Of a DNA stretch of 64,000 bases, positions 1 through 10,768 are shown piece by piece; the first letter of the stretch is position 1; each line of letters starts with the position of its first letter. Under the pieces are notes generated by a model that saw nothing but the letters and a program-made list of their open reading frames with translations, made no database searches and was not told where the DNA came from. This DNA comes from an archaeon. GTDB lineage: Archaea; Nanobdellota; Nanobdellia; Woesearchaeales; GW2011-AR9. The stretch lies in NCBI GenBank assembly GCA_018697095.1, contig JABHSG010000003.1, positions 356,839 through 420,838 of the forward strand, read 5' to 3'. Both the position numbers and the translations under genes were made by a program.

Positions 1-23
1 AAAAAGGAGTTGAAGCAAATGCA

Positions 24-584
24 ATGTGTAATTCAGACGGAGCATATTCTAGTTGGGTTGGAACTGCAGGAAATGTTTTGACAATTCTTTGTGATGGTTT
101 AGAATTTTCTGTTGATTATTTCCATTTAACAAGTTCTGGATTCAAAGGTGATAAATCTAAACCATATTTTACAACTCCAAAAAAAAAAGCAATTATCAAA
201 AAGTTAACTACAGGTAAAAAAGCTGCAATTGTGGGATCAACTGGAACCAAAAACCCACATCTACACCTTGAAGCAAGAGCAAGTGAAACATTTTTAGCAG
301 CTCTTTATCAGATAGATCATAGCTTTGCACCAAAAGAACTTTCTTGTTACATTGACCCAGAACATCTAGGTAAAGATGGTTGCAGGTACATTGAAGTTAT
401 TGGTGGTGAACCAATAGTCCATTATCCTTTCAATCCAGGACATTTACTAACAGCGCTTGAATTAAACAGAGACTTAGGTCCAATAGATCTAGCAATTCCA
501 GATTCTTATGCACAGGCAGTTACAGGTGCAAATCCTAGCACAAAAGACACAGGGAATCCAGCAAACACTCCAGGATCACTGTAA
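24..584 (+). CDS. hypothetical protein (ORFan, Gly/Thr/Pro-rich C-terminus)
   Basis: Intact 186-aa ORF with no recognisable motif. First of three same-strand ORFans in a block whose composition differs from the rest of the window. Confidence 0.35.
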   Translation: MCNSDGAYSSWVGTAGNVLTILCDGLEFSVDYFHLTSSGFKGDKSKPYFTTPKKKAIIKKLTTGKKAAIVGSTGTKNPHLHLEARASETFLAALYQIDHSFAPKELSCYIDPEHLGKDGCRYIEVIGGEPIVHYPFNPGHLLTALELNRDLGPIDLAIPDSYAQAVTGANPSTKDTGNPANTPGSL

Positions 585-760
585 TTCTTATCTTCTAAAT
601 AATTTATTTATCTCATTTTCTTTTCTTGTACTTCTACTACAGTAGATGCAATTCTTCTTGATTCAAAGGATTTCTTGCTCTGAAAGCTAAAATTAAGGAT
701 TTCGGATTTCATCCATTTTCAGACTAAATCCTTTTAAATAAGACTACTTTTGAGTGACGA

Positions 761-3319
761 GTGGAAGATACGCCTGTCTCGGGGCAACTCGAGAGATGGG
801 TGGTAGCGCAAGCGCCGCCAGGATCAAAGAGTTCAGTAGCGCCAGCAAGCTTAGAATCAATTCTTTCTCAAAGAGGAATAAGAAATTCCGCCAAAGCTAG
901 AAATGTAGTTCCCTGGCTTCGTGACGAATCCTTAAATCATAGCAACTTTGATTACGTTCAGGCAGCCCTTGGCCTTGCAGATCTGCAGTTCCACGGACAA
1001 AAAAAAGGAAGAGCAAGAACAAACAAACAAACAATGAGGCCAAGCGGTTTAACTTATCTTGGCAAGGAATTAGAAGCTTATTTTGCTGACAGCGAAGGGA
1101 ATTTCAATGCTCCTCAATTAGAAAATTTAGAAAATCATCTAACAAACACAGCGGCTAACTTTTACTTTGAAAAAAATAATGCTCTTGAAGTTCTTTTCGA
1201 GCAAGTTAGTAATAGAGGTAATTTCAAATCAAATCTAACTGATATTACAAGTAGACTTCACACTCCAAACAAACGTTACACAACTCTAGAAGCTGCTGCA
1301 GACATTTATTCTTCAGCAAGTTTCAATGTTAGTAAACATTTAACAAATGCAGTGCATGCTCTTACTCGCTCCGGCCAAAGCTGGGCTAAAAGATACGATG
1401 CAGTTTCTAAGCAACTTGAATCATTTGCACAAAGAAAAAATGGAGCTGACCTAAGTGAAGCAGAACAAGACCTTCTTGGAAGAATGCAGTCTTATATCTG
1501 TGAAAATAAAACTCTAAAAAAATCTGGTGGGTCAAAAAATGCTAATCACAGTTATGGGGACATTAAAGCAAGACTTACAAGGCAACTAGAAGTTGCAAAA
1601 CAATCTGAAATTGGGAAAGCATATTCAACTGCTGTTGATGAATTAAAAAAAGTATTCTCTAGGGCTGAATCATCAAACACTCAATATGATCCTATGCTTA
1701 GTGAAGATAAAAGACCACTTAATGATACTAGGGCAAGACCAGACTTAATGTATGCAGCACAGCAAATTATTGAAGATTCAACTCCACTTGAAAGTATTGT
1801 ATCTGGCGTTGATGGGAGATTTGTATCATGGGTAAAAAGTAAAATTGGAAATAAAGTTCATTCTAGTTTCGGGTCAGATTATATTGTTCTCTCAGCGGTA
1901 AAAAGAGTAATGGATTTAGATCCTGCCTTCAAAGTAAACTCTGGCCTTTACAAAAAAATCGAGCAAAGAATTCTTGGAAAAGTAGATTTAGATCTCTCCT
2001 TAGCAACTGCAAAAACAGACAATCACTTAGATGAAGCGCAATGGGATTACATAGCGCAGCATAGTTGGATACCAAGTTCTTCTAATCTTTTAGTTCCATC
2101 TTCTACTGTAATAGAAGTTTCAGATCCAATTATTTTAACTGATTATCAGTTTAGAAGAAGTGAACTACGAAGAAGACTTGACGGAATTTATGTTGCTTCT
2201 TTTGATTATCCAATTGCTCATAGTGAACCAAAAAGAAATAAACCAAGACAAAGAAGATTTGGTGCTTCTGTTGCACTTGCTGCTGCAGCTCTTTTAGGAG
2301 TTGTAAATCTTTCTACAAACTTAGTTCCAGATTTTTTATCCTCAACAGTTTCAGCTCCAAAATATGCTCAACATTTAACTGCGCAAATAGCCCCAATTGT
2401 TTTACCAGAAACAAACCCACTTACTGATTCAGAACTAAGGGCGCAGTATGCCGGGAAAAATACAAGAGAAATGACCGGTATTGATGTATCAGCACTTTAT
2501 TCAACTTTTGAAGGAGCTATGAACCCAAGAAGAACACATGCCGCAAAAGGTAAAAGGTTTGATCCTGTGAAGATAAAAGAACTCATGGAAGAACATGAAC
2601 TTACAAAAGCTCAACTATTTGCTAATGAAGAATTAAGTGCAACCATTCCAAAAAAAACACATTGGGGTGTGGATACAAATCCTCAAGAAAATTCTACTAC
2701 TGTTCGTGCAATGTTTGAAGTAGGAATTTATTGTAAAGCAAAAAATAGTGGTCTTGGAAATATAATCATTGGACTTGATTTAGATGGATCTCATGCTGCT
2801 GAAAGAAAAGTACATAATACTCTTGTATATCTAGACGCTCATCTTGATGGATATGCCCCGATTTGGGATCAAAAAGGAATAATGAAAGGTCATATAGCAG
2901 AAATGTTTCCGGATTTAAAAATGGGTGATTTAAGAAATCTCCAGTGTATCTATGCTCCAGGAGGAACTGGGCTTGCATTAGTTGGAACAACTGGCCATTC
3001 TACTAGCGATCATCTTCATAGAGAAGCAGCAGTGTGTAATCCTAATTATGACCAATTAGATACTTCAGTAACTTGGATTAATCCAAGGGGTAGGCATAAG
3101 TTGTTTGGAACAAGATGTTCTTCAATTGATCCAGGAGTTATAATGCAATCTGCAGACAAATATTCTTTTAGATGGGAAGCTCCTAAATCTCCTGGACAAA
3201 AACTTATGCCAACTGATCAAATGGGACCTTCTTCTCAAGATGCTTCTTCTTCAACAGCAGATGCATCTCAATTAGACACTGGTGCACCTTCCACTGGTCA
3301 CTCACAATATTCATTTTGA
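761..3319 (+). CDS. large hypothetical protein (852 aa) with one central hydrophobic segment
   Basis: Long uninterrupted ORF. No signal peptide and no catalytic motifs recognised. A single hydrophobic stretch (FGASVALAAAALLGVV) lies near residue 510. Stretches look GC-richer than the surroundings. Confidence 0.5.
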   Translation: MEDTPVSGQLERWVVAQAPPGSKSSVAPASLESILSQRGIRNSAKARNVVPWLRDESLNHSNFDYVQAALGLADLQFHGQKKGRARTNKQTMRPSGLTYLGKELEAYFADSEGNFNAPQLENLENHLTNTAANFYFEKNNALEVLFEQVSNRGNFKSNLTDITSRLHTPNKRYTTLEAAADIYSSASFNVSKHLTNAVHALTRSGQSWAKRYDAVSKQLESFAQRKNGADLSEAEQDLLGRMQSYICENKTLKKSGGSKNANHSYGDIKARLTRQLEVAKQSEIGKAYSTAVDELKKVFSRAESSNTQYDPMLSEDKRPLNDTRARPDLMYAAQQIIEDSTPLESIVSGVDGRFVSWVKSKIGNKVHSSFGSDYIVLSAVKRVMDLDPAFKVNSGLYKKIEQRILGKVDLDLSLATAKTDNHLDEAQWDYIAQHSWIPSSSNLLVPSSTVIEVSDPIILTDYQFRRSELRRRLDGIYVASFDYPIAHSEPKRNKPRQRRFGASVALAAAALLGVVNLSTNLVPDFLSSTVSAPKYAQHLTAQIAPIVLPETNPLTDSELRAQYAGKNTREMTGIDVSALYSTFEGAMNPRRTHAAKGKRFDPVKIKELMEEHELTKAQLFANEELSATIPKKTHWGVDTNPQENSTTVRAMFEVGIYCKAKNSGLGNIIIGLDLDGSHAAERKVHNTLVYLDAHLDGYAPIWDQKGIMKGHIAEMFPDLKMGDLRNLQCIYAPGGTGLALVGTTGHSTSDHLHREAAVCNPNYDQLDTSVTWINPRGRHKLFGTRCSSIDPGVIMQSADKYSFRWEAPKSPGQKLMPTDQMGPSSQDASSSTADASQLDTGAPSTGHSQYSF

Positions 3320-3568
3320 GTTCAATTTCTAAAAGGTCATTGCGTAGCAAATCCTCTAGCTTCTATCTCGCCCACTCTCAAGGTAGTAATTACCTTCTCC
3401 TTCTATGGCAGACTTCTCTGATATACTAAGCACCTTCTGATTCTATTTAATTAAAATAGATTAATTGCTAGTTAGTGAAAACAACAAGAAACTACTAAAA
3501 AGTAACAAACTAACGAGATAATTTATAAAGTACTACTCTTTAGAGACATTAAGTCAGCATTTCATAAC

Positions 3569-4618
3569 ATGGCAGAAGACACAGCAGCAGAAGGAATAGT
3601 ACAAGGTACAAGCAGAGTAGTGCCAGCTATTGCTTTAGGATATGATTCTGCGGACATTAAATGGGCCCTAACACAACGTGGACTTTCTTTTCCTCTTTAT
3701 AATGCAGGAACAGGGCTTCCTGTTGAACCTCAACCATCAGATACTAGTAGAGGTGAAGTTAAGATTGGAGAGTCATATGTTGATGATCCAACTGTTAAAG
3801 TAACTCCGGTAACTCAAAGTGCCGTTGTCAAAGAATTAGATTCTTCAACATTAACTTTTGGAATGGATCCTTATAATCAAGTGACCAGTGGGAACTCAAC
3901 TTGGGTTGAAGAAGCAACAGGTAAAGAACAAATTTGCCCTCCAAGCCAATCAAGCCTTTTTGATTTAGGACAAATTGCGGGACCTAATTCAGCACCTTCA
4001 GATTTGACTATGAGCGAGAAGGTAGGCATTTTAACAACTTTGTTTGGAGAAAACGTAAATGAAGATCACATCTTAAAATCAAGCGATCGGTATGTTAGAG
4101 CAATCGCTGTTTCAGCTCATAATAGGTGGCCGTGGGCAGTTCTTCAAGAAAGAGCAACAAAAAAAATTGATGCAGAGACTACAAGGTTAGAAACACTTGT
4201 TGGAGCTAAATTTGAACCAACTTATTCTGTTGATAGTCAATTAACAATTGCTGTAGACTATCAAACTGGCAGTTCAACTACTTATAGGCAAATAAGAGAT
4301 GAACAATCAACAAACTGGGGACTTGAAGCTCCAATGCCATTTAAGATTCAAGGTGAAGGTAGAACTAGTTACAGTATTAATGAATTACTTGATGCAGCGA
4401 ATACTTATGTGCAAAGCCAAAATGTATCAGATCGAGATGATTCAACAATGACTGTCCCTGTAACATCAGATTCTGGGCAAGATTATAGTGAATTAACAAC
4501 AATTCAAATGTTTCCTCAGGCAGCCCGTGCTAGAAGATTTTGGGAAGATAGTCCTAGGCCTACAACTACTATGGGCGGCAATAATCTAAATACTGCAAAC
4601 GGAACCTACAATCAGTAA
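3569..4618 (+). CDS. hypothetical protein (349 aa), no signal peptide
   Basis: Intact ORF on the same strand as and after the 852-aa ORF. No recognisable family. Confidence 0.45.
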   Translation: MAEDTAAEGIVQGTSRVVPAIALGYDSADIKWALTQRGLSFPLYNAGTGLPVEPQPSDTSRGEVKIGESYVDDPTVKVTPVTQSAVVKELDSSTLTFGMDPYNQVTSGNSTWVEEATGKEQICPPSQSSLFDLGQIAGPNSAPSDLTMSEKVGILTTLFGENVNEDHILKSSDRYVRAIAVSAHNRWPWAVLQERATKKIDAETTRLETLVGAKFEPTYSVDSQLTIAVDYQTGSSTTYRQIRDEQSTNWGLEAPMPFKIQGEGRTSYSINELLDAANTYVQSQNVSDRDDSTMTVPVTSDSGQDYSELTTIQMFPQAARARRFWEDSPRPTTTMGGNNLNTANGTYNQ

Positions 4619-4681
4619 AATTTTCTGCTTTTCAAAATAGTTAGTAAAACATATAAACTCATTTTTCTTTCTCTTCTCTAG

Positions 4682-5185
4682 GTGACTGTGGTGGTAAGTA
4701 AATCTAATGTAACATTCTTTATCGGGTCAGATCACCGTGGTTTCAAATTAAAAGAGCAAATTAAAGAATTCTTAGTAAAACAAGACATCCAATTCAAAGA
4801 CTGTGGTAACACAATTTACAAAAAAGATGATGATTATCCAGATTACGCAAAAGCAGTTGCAAAACAAATACAAAAGGCCCTCAAAACAAACCAGCCAGCA
4901 AAAGGAATTCTTCTTTGTGGTTCCGCTGAAGGAATGGTAATAGCTGCTAACAAATTCAAAGCAATTCGTGCAGCATTAACAACATCCAAAGAGCAAACAA
5001 TCCTAGCAGTTAAAGACGATCACATTAATGTTATTTGTATTCCAGCTAATACAAGTAAAATAACTAAATCAAAAAGTATTATCTTAGCATTTCTAAAAGC
5101 AAAAACAAGCCAAGCAAAAAGGCATTTAAGAAGAATAAAAAAAATCAAACAAATAGAAAAAAATAACTTCAAGAGGCTACTATAA
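4682..5185 (+). CDS. rpiB: ribose-5-phosphate isomerase B (RpiB/LacAB family)
   Basis: Motifs FIGSDHRGFKLKEQI and LLCGSAEGMVIAANKF are typical of RpiB. The stop overlaps the next start in a TAATG junction. Confidence 0.8.
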   Translation: MTVVVSKSNVTFFIGSDHRGFKLKEQIKEFLVKQDIQFKDCGNTIYKKDDDYPDYAKAVAKQIQKALKTNQPAKGILLCGSAEGMVIAANKFKAIRAALTTSKEQTILAVKDDHINVICIPANTSKITKSKSIILAFLKAKTSQAKRHLRRIKKIKQIEKNNFKRLL

Positions 5186-5823
5186 TGCGAATGCCAAAAA
5201 TCATACCTTCAGTTATGGCAAAAAATCAAACTGAATTAAACTCTCAACTAAAGAATCTAACATCAATTACTAAACATATTCATTTAGACATTGTTGACAA
5301 AAATTTCGCAAACAACAAAGTAATGCAATTCCCTTTCAGACTCAAAAGAAATTTTCAATACTCAGCGCATTTGATGATCAAAGACCCACTAACATGGATT
5401 AAAAAAAATAAATCCAGAATCCAATTTCCAATCCCTCAATTAGAGTCATTAAAAGACCCACAAGCATACTTAACTTACATAAAACAAACAAAGAAACCAG
5501 CAGCACTTGCAATTTTGCCATCAACAAAAATAAATCAAATTAAACCTTACATAAAAGAACTAGACTATCTTCTTATTCTTACAGTCAAACCAGGTTTCTA
5601 TGGTAGCAAATTTATTCCTAAAAGACTCGATATCATAAAAAAAGTAAAATCACTTAGCCCTAAATTAAAAATTATCATCGATGGACACATGAACCCAAAG
5701 ACAATCAAACTAGCAAATAAAGCAGGCGCAGATCATTTCATCGTCGGATCATATCTAAATAGCCAAGAAACAAATAAACAAAAAAAACTAGCTCTCAAAA
5801 AATTAAAACAAATCTTAAATTAA
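5185..5823 (+). CDS. rpe: ribulose-phosphate 3-epimerase-like (TIM barrel)
   Basis: IPSVMAKNQTELNSQLK...HLDIVDKNFANN resembles Rpe IAPSIL..HxDVMDGHFVPN. LTVKPGFYGSKFIP resembles SVNPGFGGQKFI. A C-terminal GADHFIVGS motif is present. Translationally coupled to rpiB. Confidence 0.7.
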   Translation: MRMPKIIPSVMAKNQTELNSQLKNLTSITKHIHLDIVDKNFANNKVMQFPFRLKRNFQYSAHLMIKDPLTWIKKNKSRIQFPIPQLESLKDPQAYLTYIKQTKKPAALAILPSTKINQIKPYIKELDYLLILTVKPGFYGSKFIPKRLDIIKKVKSLSPKLKIIIDGHMNPKTIKLANKAGADHFIVGSYLNSQETNKQKKLALKKLKQILN

Positions 5824-5874
5824 AAACTCCTTATCCCTAGTAATAGTTATAAAAGAGAGTTCTTTTGGCGTATT

Positions 5875-6228
5875 ATGACTTACCAATATCCAGAAGCTGG
5901 AAAGATTCCTATTTCACCTAAAGATTACTTAGCAATAGATCTTTTTACAGTTTCACCAACTAGTGTTTTTCCTGCAGAATCATTTAGTAATAAAATGCCT
6001 CGTGCCCCTGAACCAATTCACTTATTTTCATTACTTTTTAATGCAGTTGTTGCATACCAAAAAGGCGATAATGAATTAGCGGAATCTTTAGTTAGCAAGT
6101 ACGGAACTGCAAGAGAAAATCTTCCAAGTGGGCTTAGTGCTATCGTAGATCAAAGGTTTGGGAATAGAATTGGAATTGCATTAGATTCAATTGCTTCATA
6201 TCAAAATAAAAGTTCTTCTTCAGAATAA
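5875..6228 (+). CDS. hypothetical protein
   Basis: 117-aa ORF between rpe and aspS. No motif recognised. Confidence 0.3.
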   Translation: MTYQYPEAGKIPISPKDYLAIDLFTVSPTSVFPAESFSNKMPRAPEPIHLFSLLFNAVVAYQKGDNELAESLVSKYGTARENLPSGLSAIVDQRFGNRIGIALDSIASYQNKSSSSE

Positions 6229-6280
6229 TCAATTAAGAAAAATAAAAAAAGTAAAAATAATTTCTAATAATTAAATCAAC

Positions 6281-7615
6281 CTAAGGAGTTAATCTATCTG
6301 GGTCGCGTGGAAGTAAAATCGCTTCACGAACATTATCTAAATTAAGTAATCTAGATGTAATTCTATCAAGCCCCATTCCAACTCCACCGTGTGGTGGACA
6401 ACCAAAACGAAATATGTCTCGATAAAATGTCATTTTAGATAAGTCAATTCCTTTCTCAGCGCATTGCGCTTCAAGCTTCTCCAAGCGATGTTCTCGTTGA
6501 GCGCCTGTTGCAATCTCAACTCCACGAAACAGTAAATCAAAAGACTTAGTCTCATCAGCTTTGCCTTCAGGTTTCATATGGTAAAATGGTCTAACTGCAT
6601 AAGGATAGTTTGTCACAAAAACAAAATCAGCACCATACTTTTCCTTAACCAATTCACCTAAGATAGTTTCAGCTTCAGAATCTAAATCATCTTCTACAGA
6701 CAACTCCTTTCCGCGAGCCTCTTTTATCCAAGCTTTAACTTCGCTCATTGCAAGTCTAGGAATTGATCCTTCTTTAACATCAGCAAGCTCTGCTCCAAGT
6801 AAACTAAGTTCTCCATTACACTTTTCCTTAATTCCAGCAATCAAATGAGTAAAATATTTTTCAATCATATCCATTACATCACTTTCACTTTCAATACAAC
6901 CCATCTCAAAATCAAGACCAGTAAACTCTGTAAGGTGACGACGTGTATGTGAGTTCTCTGCTCGAAATACAGTACCTAATTCGAAAACTCGATCAAAGCC
7001 TCCAGCGATCATCATTTGTTTGTAAACTTGTGGGGATTGCGCAAGTGCTGCTGGTTTTCCAAAATAATCAAATTTGAATTCTTCAGCTCCACTCTCAACT
7101 CCACTAGCTGTAACTTTTGGTGTTTGAATATTAACAAATCCAGATTTAATAAAAAAAGCTACAGTCTCAGAATAAATTCGTGAACGTACAGCAAATATTG
7201 ATCGGATTTTTTCACGCCTAATATCCAAAAATCTGTTATCAAGTCTTTTATCAATGTGAGTTGTTGTGTCTTCACTGATCTCAATAGGAAGTGGTGTTTC
7301 AGAAGCATTCAAAACTTCTAAGTTACTTGCACTTAATTCAATTTCAAGTGTACCAGTTCCTTTAACTTGGTTTTCAGGCCTTGCTTTAACTAGGCCTTTA
7401 ATCATTACAAAATCTTCATTATGAAGTGAACCAGCATTAGCTGCAAGTTCCTTATTCAAAAATACTTGAGTTTTACCATATCGATCCCGAATATCCAAAA
7501 ATCCAATTTTTCCACTTACTCGAACGGAATCAATCCATCCACATAAAACTACTTCTTGGCCAGCATCTACTTTTGATAATTCTCCACATGTGTGTGTTCG
7601 TAACATAGAAATCAA
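6281..7615 (-). CDS. aspS: aspartyl-tRNA synthetase, archaeal type
   Basis: N-terminal OB fold (LRTHTCGEL...VVLCGWI..GFLDIRDRYGKTQV). Class II motifs are present. The C-terminus FYRDIFRFGCPPHGGVGMGLDRI...REAILLPRDPDRLTP is near-identical to archaeal AspRS. Confidence 0.9.
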   Translation of the reverse strand: MISMLRTHTCGELSKVDAGQEVVLCGWIDSVRVSGKIGFLDIRDRYGKTQVFLNKELAANAGSLHNEDFVMIKGLVKARPENQVKGTGTLEIELSASNLEVLNASETPLPIEISEDTTTHIDKRLDNRFLDIRREKIRSIFAVRSRIYSETVAFFIKSGFVNIQTPKVTASGVESGAEEFKFDYFGKPAALAQSPQVYKQMMIAGGFDRVFELGTVFRAENSHTRRHLTEFTGLDFEMGCIESESDVMDMIEKYFTHLIAGIKEKCNGELSLLGAELADVKEGSIPRLAMSEVKAWIKEARGKELSVEDDLDSEAETILGELVKEKYGADFVFVTNYPYAVRPFYHMKPEGKADETKSFDLLFRGVEIATGAQREHRLEKLEAQCAEKGIDLSKMTFYRDIFRFGCPPHGGVGMGLDRITSRLLNLDNVREAILLPRDPDRLTP

Positions 7616-7654
7616 AGCAAATTCATATTTTATAAAGCTTTACGCCACAAAAAT

Positions 7655-8389
7655 ATGACTACTCAAATTTTCAGAAAAAGATATAAACAAAAAAACAAAC
7701 ATAACACTATGAAATTCTATCTATCATCCTACAAACTTGGAAATAAGGCAAGCATTCTTCAAAGCTGGTTCGAACAAACAAAAAACAAGAAAATTGCTTT
7801 AATTCCTAATGCTATTGATTATTCAACAAAAGGTCAAGAATTCATGGCCAAGAAAAATCAAAGAAGCCTGAAACTCTTAGCTGGAATTGGTCTAGAACCA
7901 GAAGTTCTTGATCTCAAAGATTATTTTAACAAAAAAGAAGAACTAAAAACAAAACTAAGCGAATTTGCAGGAGTTTTCATCAGGGGTGGAAACACTTTTG
8001 TTCTAAGAGCAGCTATGAAACTCAGTGGATTCGATCAAATCATAACTCAAATAAAAGAAAACCCACAAACAAAGCAAGAAAAAGGTTTCATCTACTCAGG
8101 TTACAGTGCAGGAATTTGTATCCTTGCAGAAGATATGCACTCTTTGCAAATAGTAGACGATCCAAATAAGTTCCCTTATGCAAAATTATTCAATCCAGAT
8201 GCTAATAATCACAAAATAGCAAATCAAACAATATGGGAAGGCTTAGGATTCCTAACTTACATGATTTTGCCTCACTATGATTCAGATCATCCAGAAAGCG
8301 CGGATATAGAAAAGGAAGTGAAGTATTGTAAAGACAACAACTTACCATACAAAACCTTAAGGGATGGCGAAGTAATAATCATCGAGTAA
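7655..8389 (+). CDS. peptidase S51 (dipeptidase E/cyanophycinase-like) family protein
   Basis: Nucleophile-elbow motif FIYSGYSAGICIL and the overall length fit the S51 / class I GATase-like fold. Confidence 0.55.
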   Translation: MTTQIFRKRYKQKNKHNTMKFYLSSYKLGNKASILQSWFEQTKNKKIALIPNAIDYSTKGQEFMAKKNQRSLKLLAGIGLEPEVLDLKDYFNKKEELKTKLSEFAGVFIRGGNTFVLRAAMKLSGFDQIITQIKENPQTKQEKGFIYSGYSAGICILAEDMHSLQIVDDPNKFPYAKLFNPDANNHKIANQTIWEGLGFLTYMILPHYDSDHPESADIEKEVKYCKDNNLPYKTLRDGEVIIIE

Positions 8390-8434
8390 AAACAATCTCA
8401 ACTTTTATTAATGGAACTTCTTTTCTAAGCTATA

Positions 8435-9382
8435 ATGAAAAAAGCAACTTTAACATTTTTACTAATAACTATTTTCATTCTAACGATTCTTCTTTCATCT
8501 ACTGCATTTGCAACAATCAATATTGATTCCTATACAATCACCTCAGAACCAATCAATCAAAAAGAAGTTCACACAAAACTAGAACTAATTTTAGAAAATA
8601 CTGATCAAAACCCAATAAACTCTCTTAAACTGCATGTCCCAAAAGACGCTCAAATTTTATCAATTAAAGATTCTTTTGGTGACTTAAACTACCAATTAAC
8701 AAATGCGCAAGACATCATGGACTTATTACTAAATTTCGACATCCCTTTCCAAGCAAAAGAAACCAGAACTCTTACAATCACTATGCAAACTCAAAGCATT
8801 GTTCAAAAAGCGAATTATTTTGAATATCTAAAAGCAGTATCACCAAGCCAAGATGTAGAAAATTTTGAACATATCCTTAAACTTTCTAAAGATGCATATC
8901 TTTACGAGTTATCAAATGATAACGCGCTAATTTTCCCTCAAGAAGCAAGTATCGAAGAACTTGATGACATGATCATTATACGTTGGAAACAAAACCTCAA
9001 AGCCGGCGAGCAGTACATTTTTCTAGCACGCTTTGGTCAAGATCTGGGGTTCAACTACTGGAAAACCGCGTTTTTTACTCTTCTAACACTCATTCTTATT
9101 GTAGCACTTATATTCACAACAAAAAAAATAAGAGCATACAGCTTCCAGAAAAAAGCTATGGCAGCAAGCGGACTTTTAGGTTCTGCTGAAAACCAAATTC
9201 TAAAACTCATCATCCAAGAAAAACAAATAAAACAATATGAATTGGTGCGAAAGTTAGGTTTCAACAAATCAAGAGTAAGTAAAATTATCAAAAAGTTAGA
9301 ATTAAGAGAATTAATCAGCATTAAAAAAGAAGGAAAAGTAAAAATTATTGGTGTTGGTAAAGGCCTGCATGAAAAGTTATAA
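8435..9382 (+). CDS. membrane-anchored winged-helix (MarR/TrmB-like) transcriptional regulator
   Basis: N-terminal signal/TM, a second TM (FFTLLTLILIVALIF), then a C-terminal wHTH (ENQILKLIIQEKQIKQYELVRKLGFNKSRVSKIIKKLELRELISIKKEG). Confidence 0.5.
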   Translation: MKKATLTFLLITIFILTILLSSTAFATINIDSYTITSEPINQKEVHTKLELILENTDQNPINSLKLHVPKDAQILSIKDSFGDLNYQLTNAQDIMDLLLNFDIPFQAKETRTLTITMQTQSIVQKANYFEYLKAVSPSQDVENFEHILKLSKDAYLYELSNDNALIFPQEASIEELDDMIIIRWKQNLKAGEQYIFLARFGQDLGFNYWKTAFFTLLTLILIVALIFTTKKIRAYSFQKKAMAASGLLGSAENQILKLIIQEKQIKQYELVRKLGFNKSRVSKIIKKLELRELISIKKEGKVKIIGVGKGLHEKL

Positions 9383-9444
9383 TCAAAGTGAATAAAATAT
9401 TTTTCAACTAATAAAAAATAAAATAAAAATTCTAACAAAACAAA

Positions 9445-9737
9445 TCAGATAATATCTCCAAGGTCAGCATAACTCTCATCCAAAAGCAGTTCAGAATCAT
9501 AAGTCAAACCTTCCTTTTCTCCCCCAGTATAATCTACTGTGTAATCAACATCTACCTTAACCACGACTTCACTTTCTTCCTTTGATACATCCTTAGAAAA
9601 AACAGAAAAAGCATTACTGATTTTATCTCCAAGCGAAAAAGAATTGCGTTTATCTGTAATGTCAATTACTCCTTCACTTTGTAGAGTACAAGAGCTAAGC
9701 AGTAAAGAAAAAACCAAGATGATCAAAATTACAATCC

Positions 9738-9741
<4 letters not shown>
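9445..9741 (-). CDS. small secreted/lipoprotein-like protein
   Basis: Hydrophobic leader ending in LLLSSC. Overlaps the upstream gene by 4 nt (ATGA), so the two are probably co-transcribed. Confidence 0.4.
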
Positions 9742-10673
<932 letters not shown>

Positions 10674-10768
10674 AGTTTCTAACCTCTATTTTCATTGCTC
10701 CAATATAAGCATTCTGTTGAAATTTAGTAAAAAATAAAAAATAAATTCAATTAATCCTGAGCGCAGAT

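Noticed and set aside
9055-9438. 127-aa minus-strand ORF overlapping the 3' end of the membrane wHTH regulator gene
   Set aside because: Phe/Leu-rich translation of the antisense AT-rich coding sequence. Shadow ORF.
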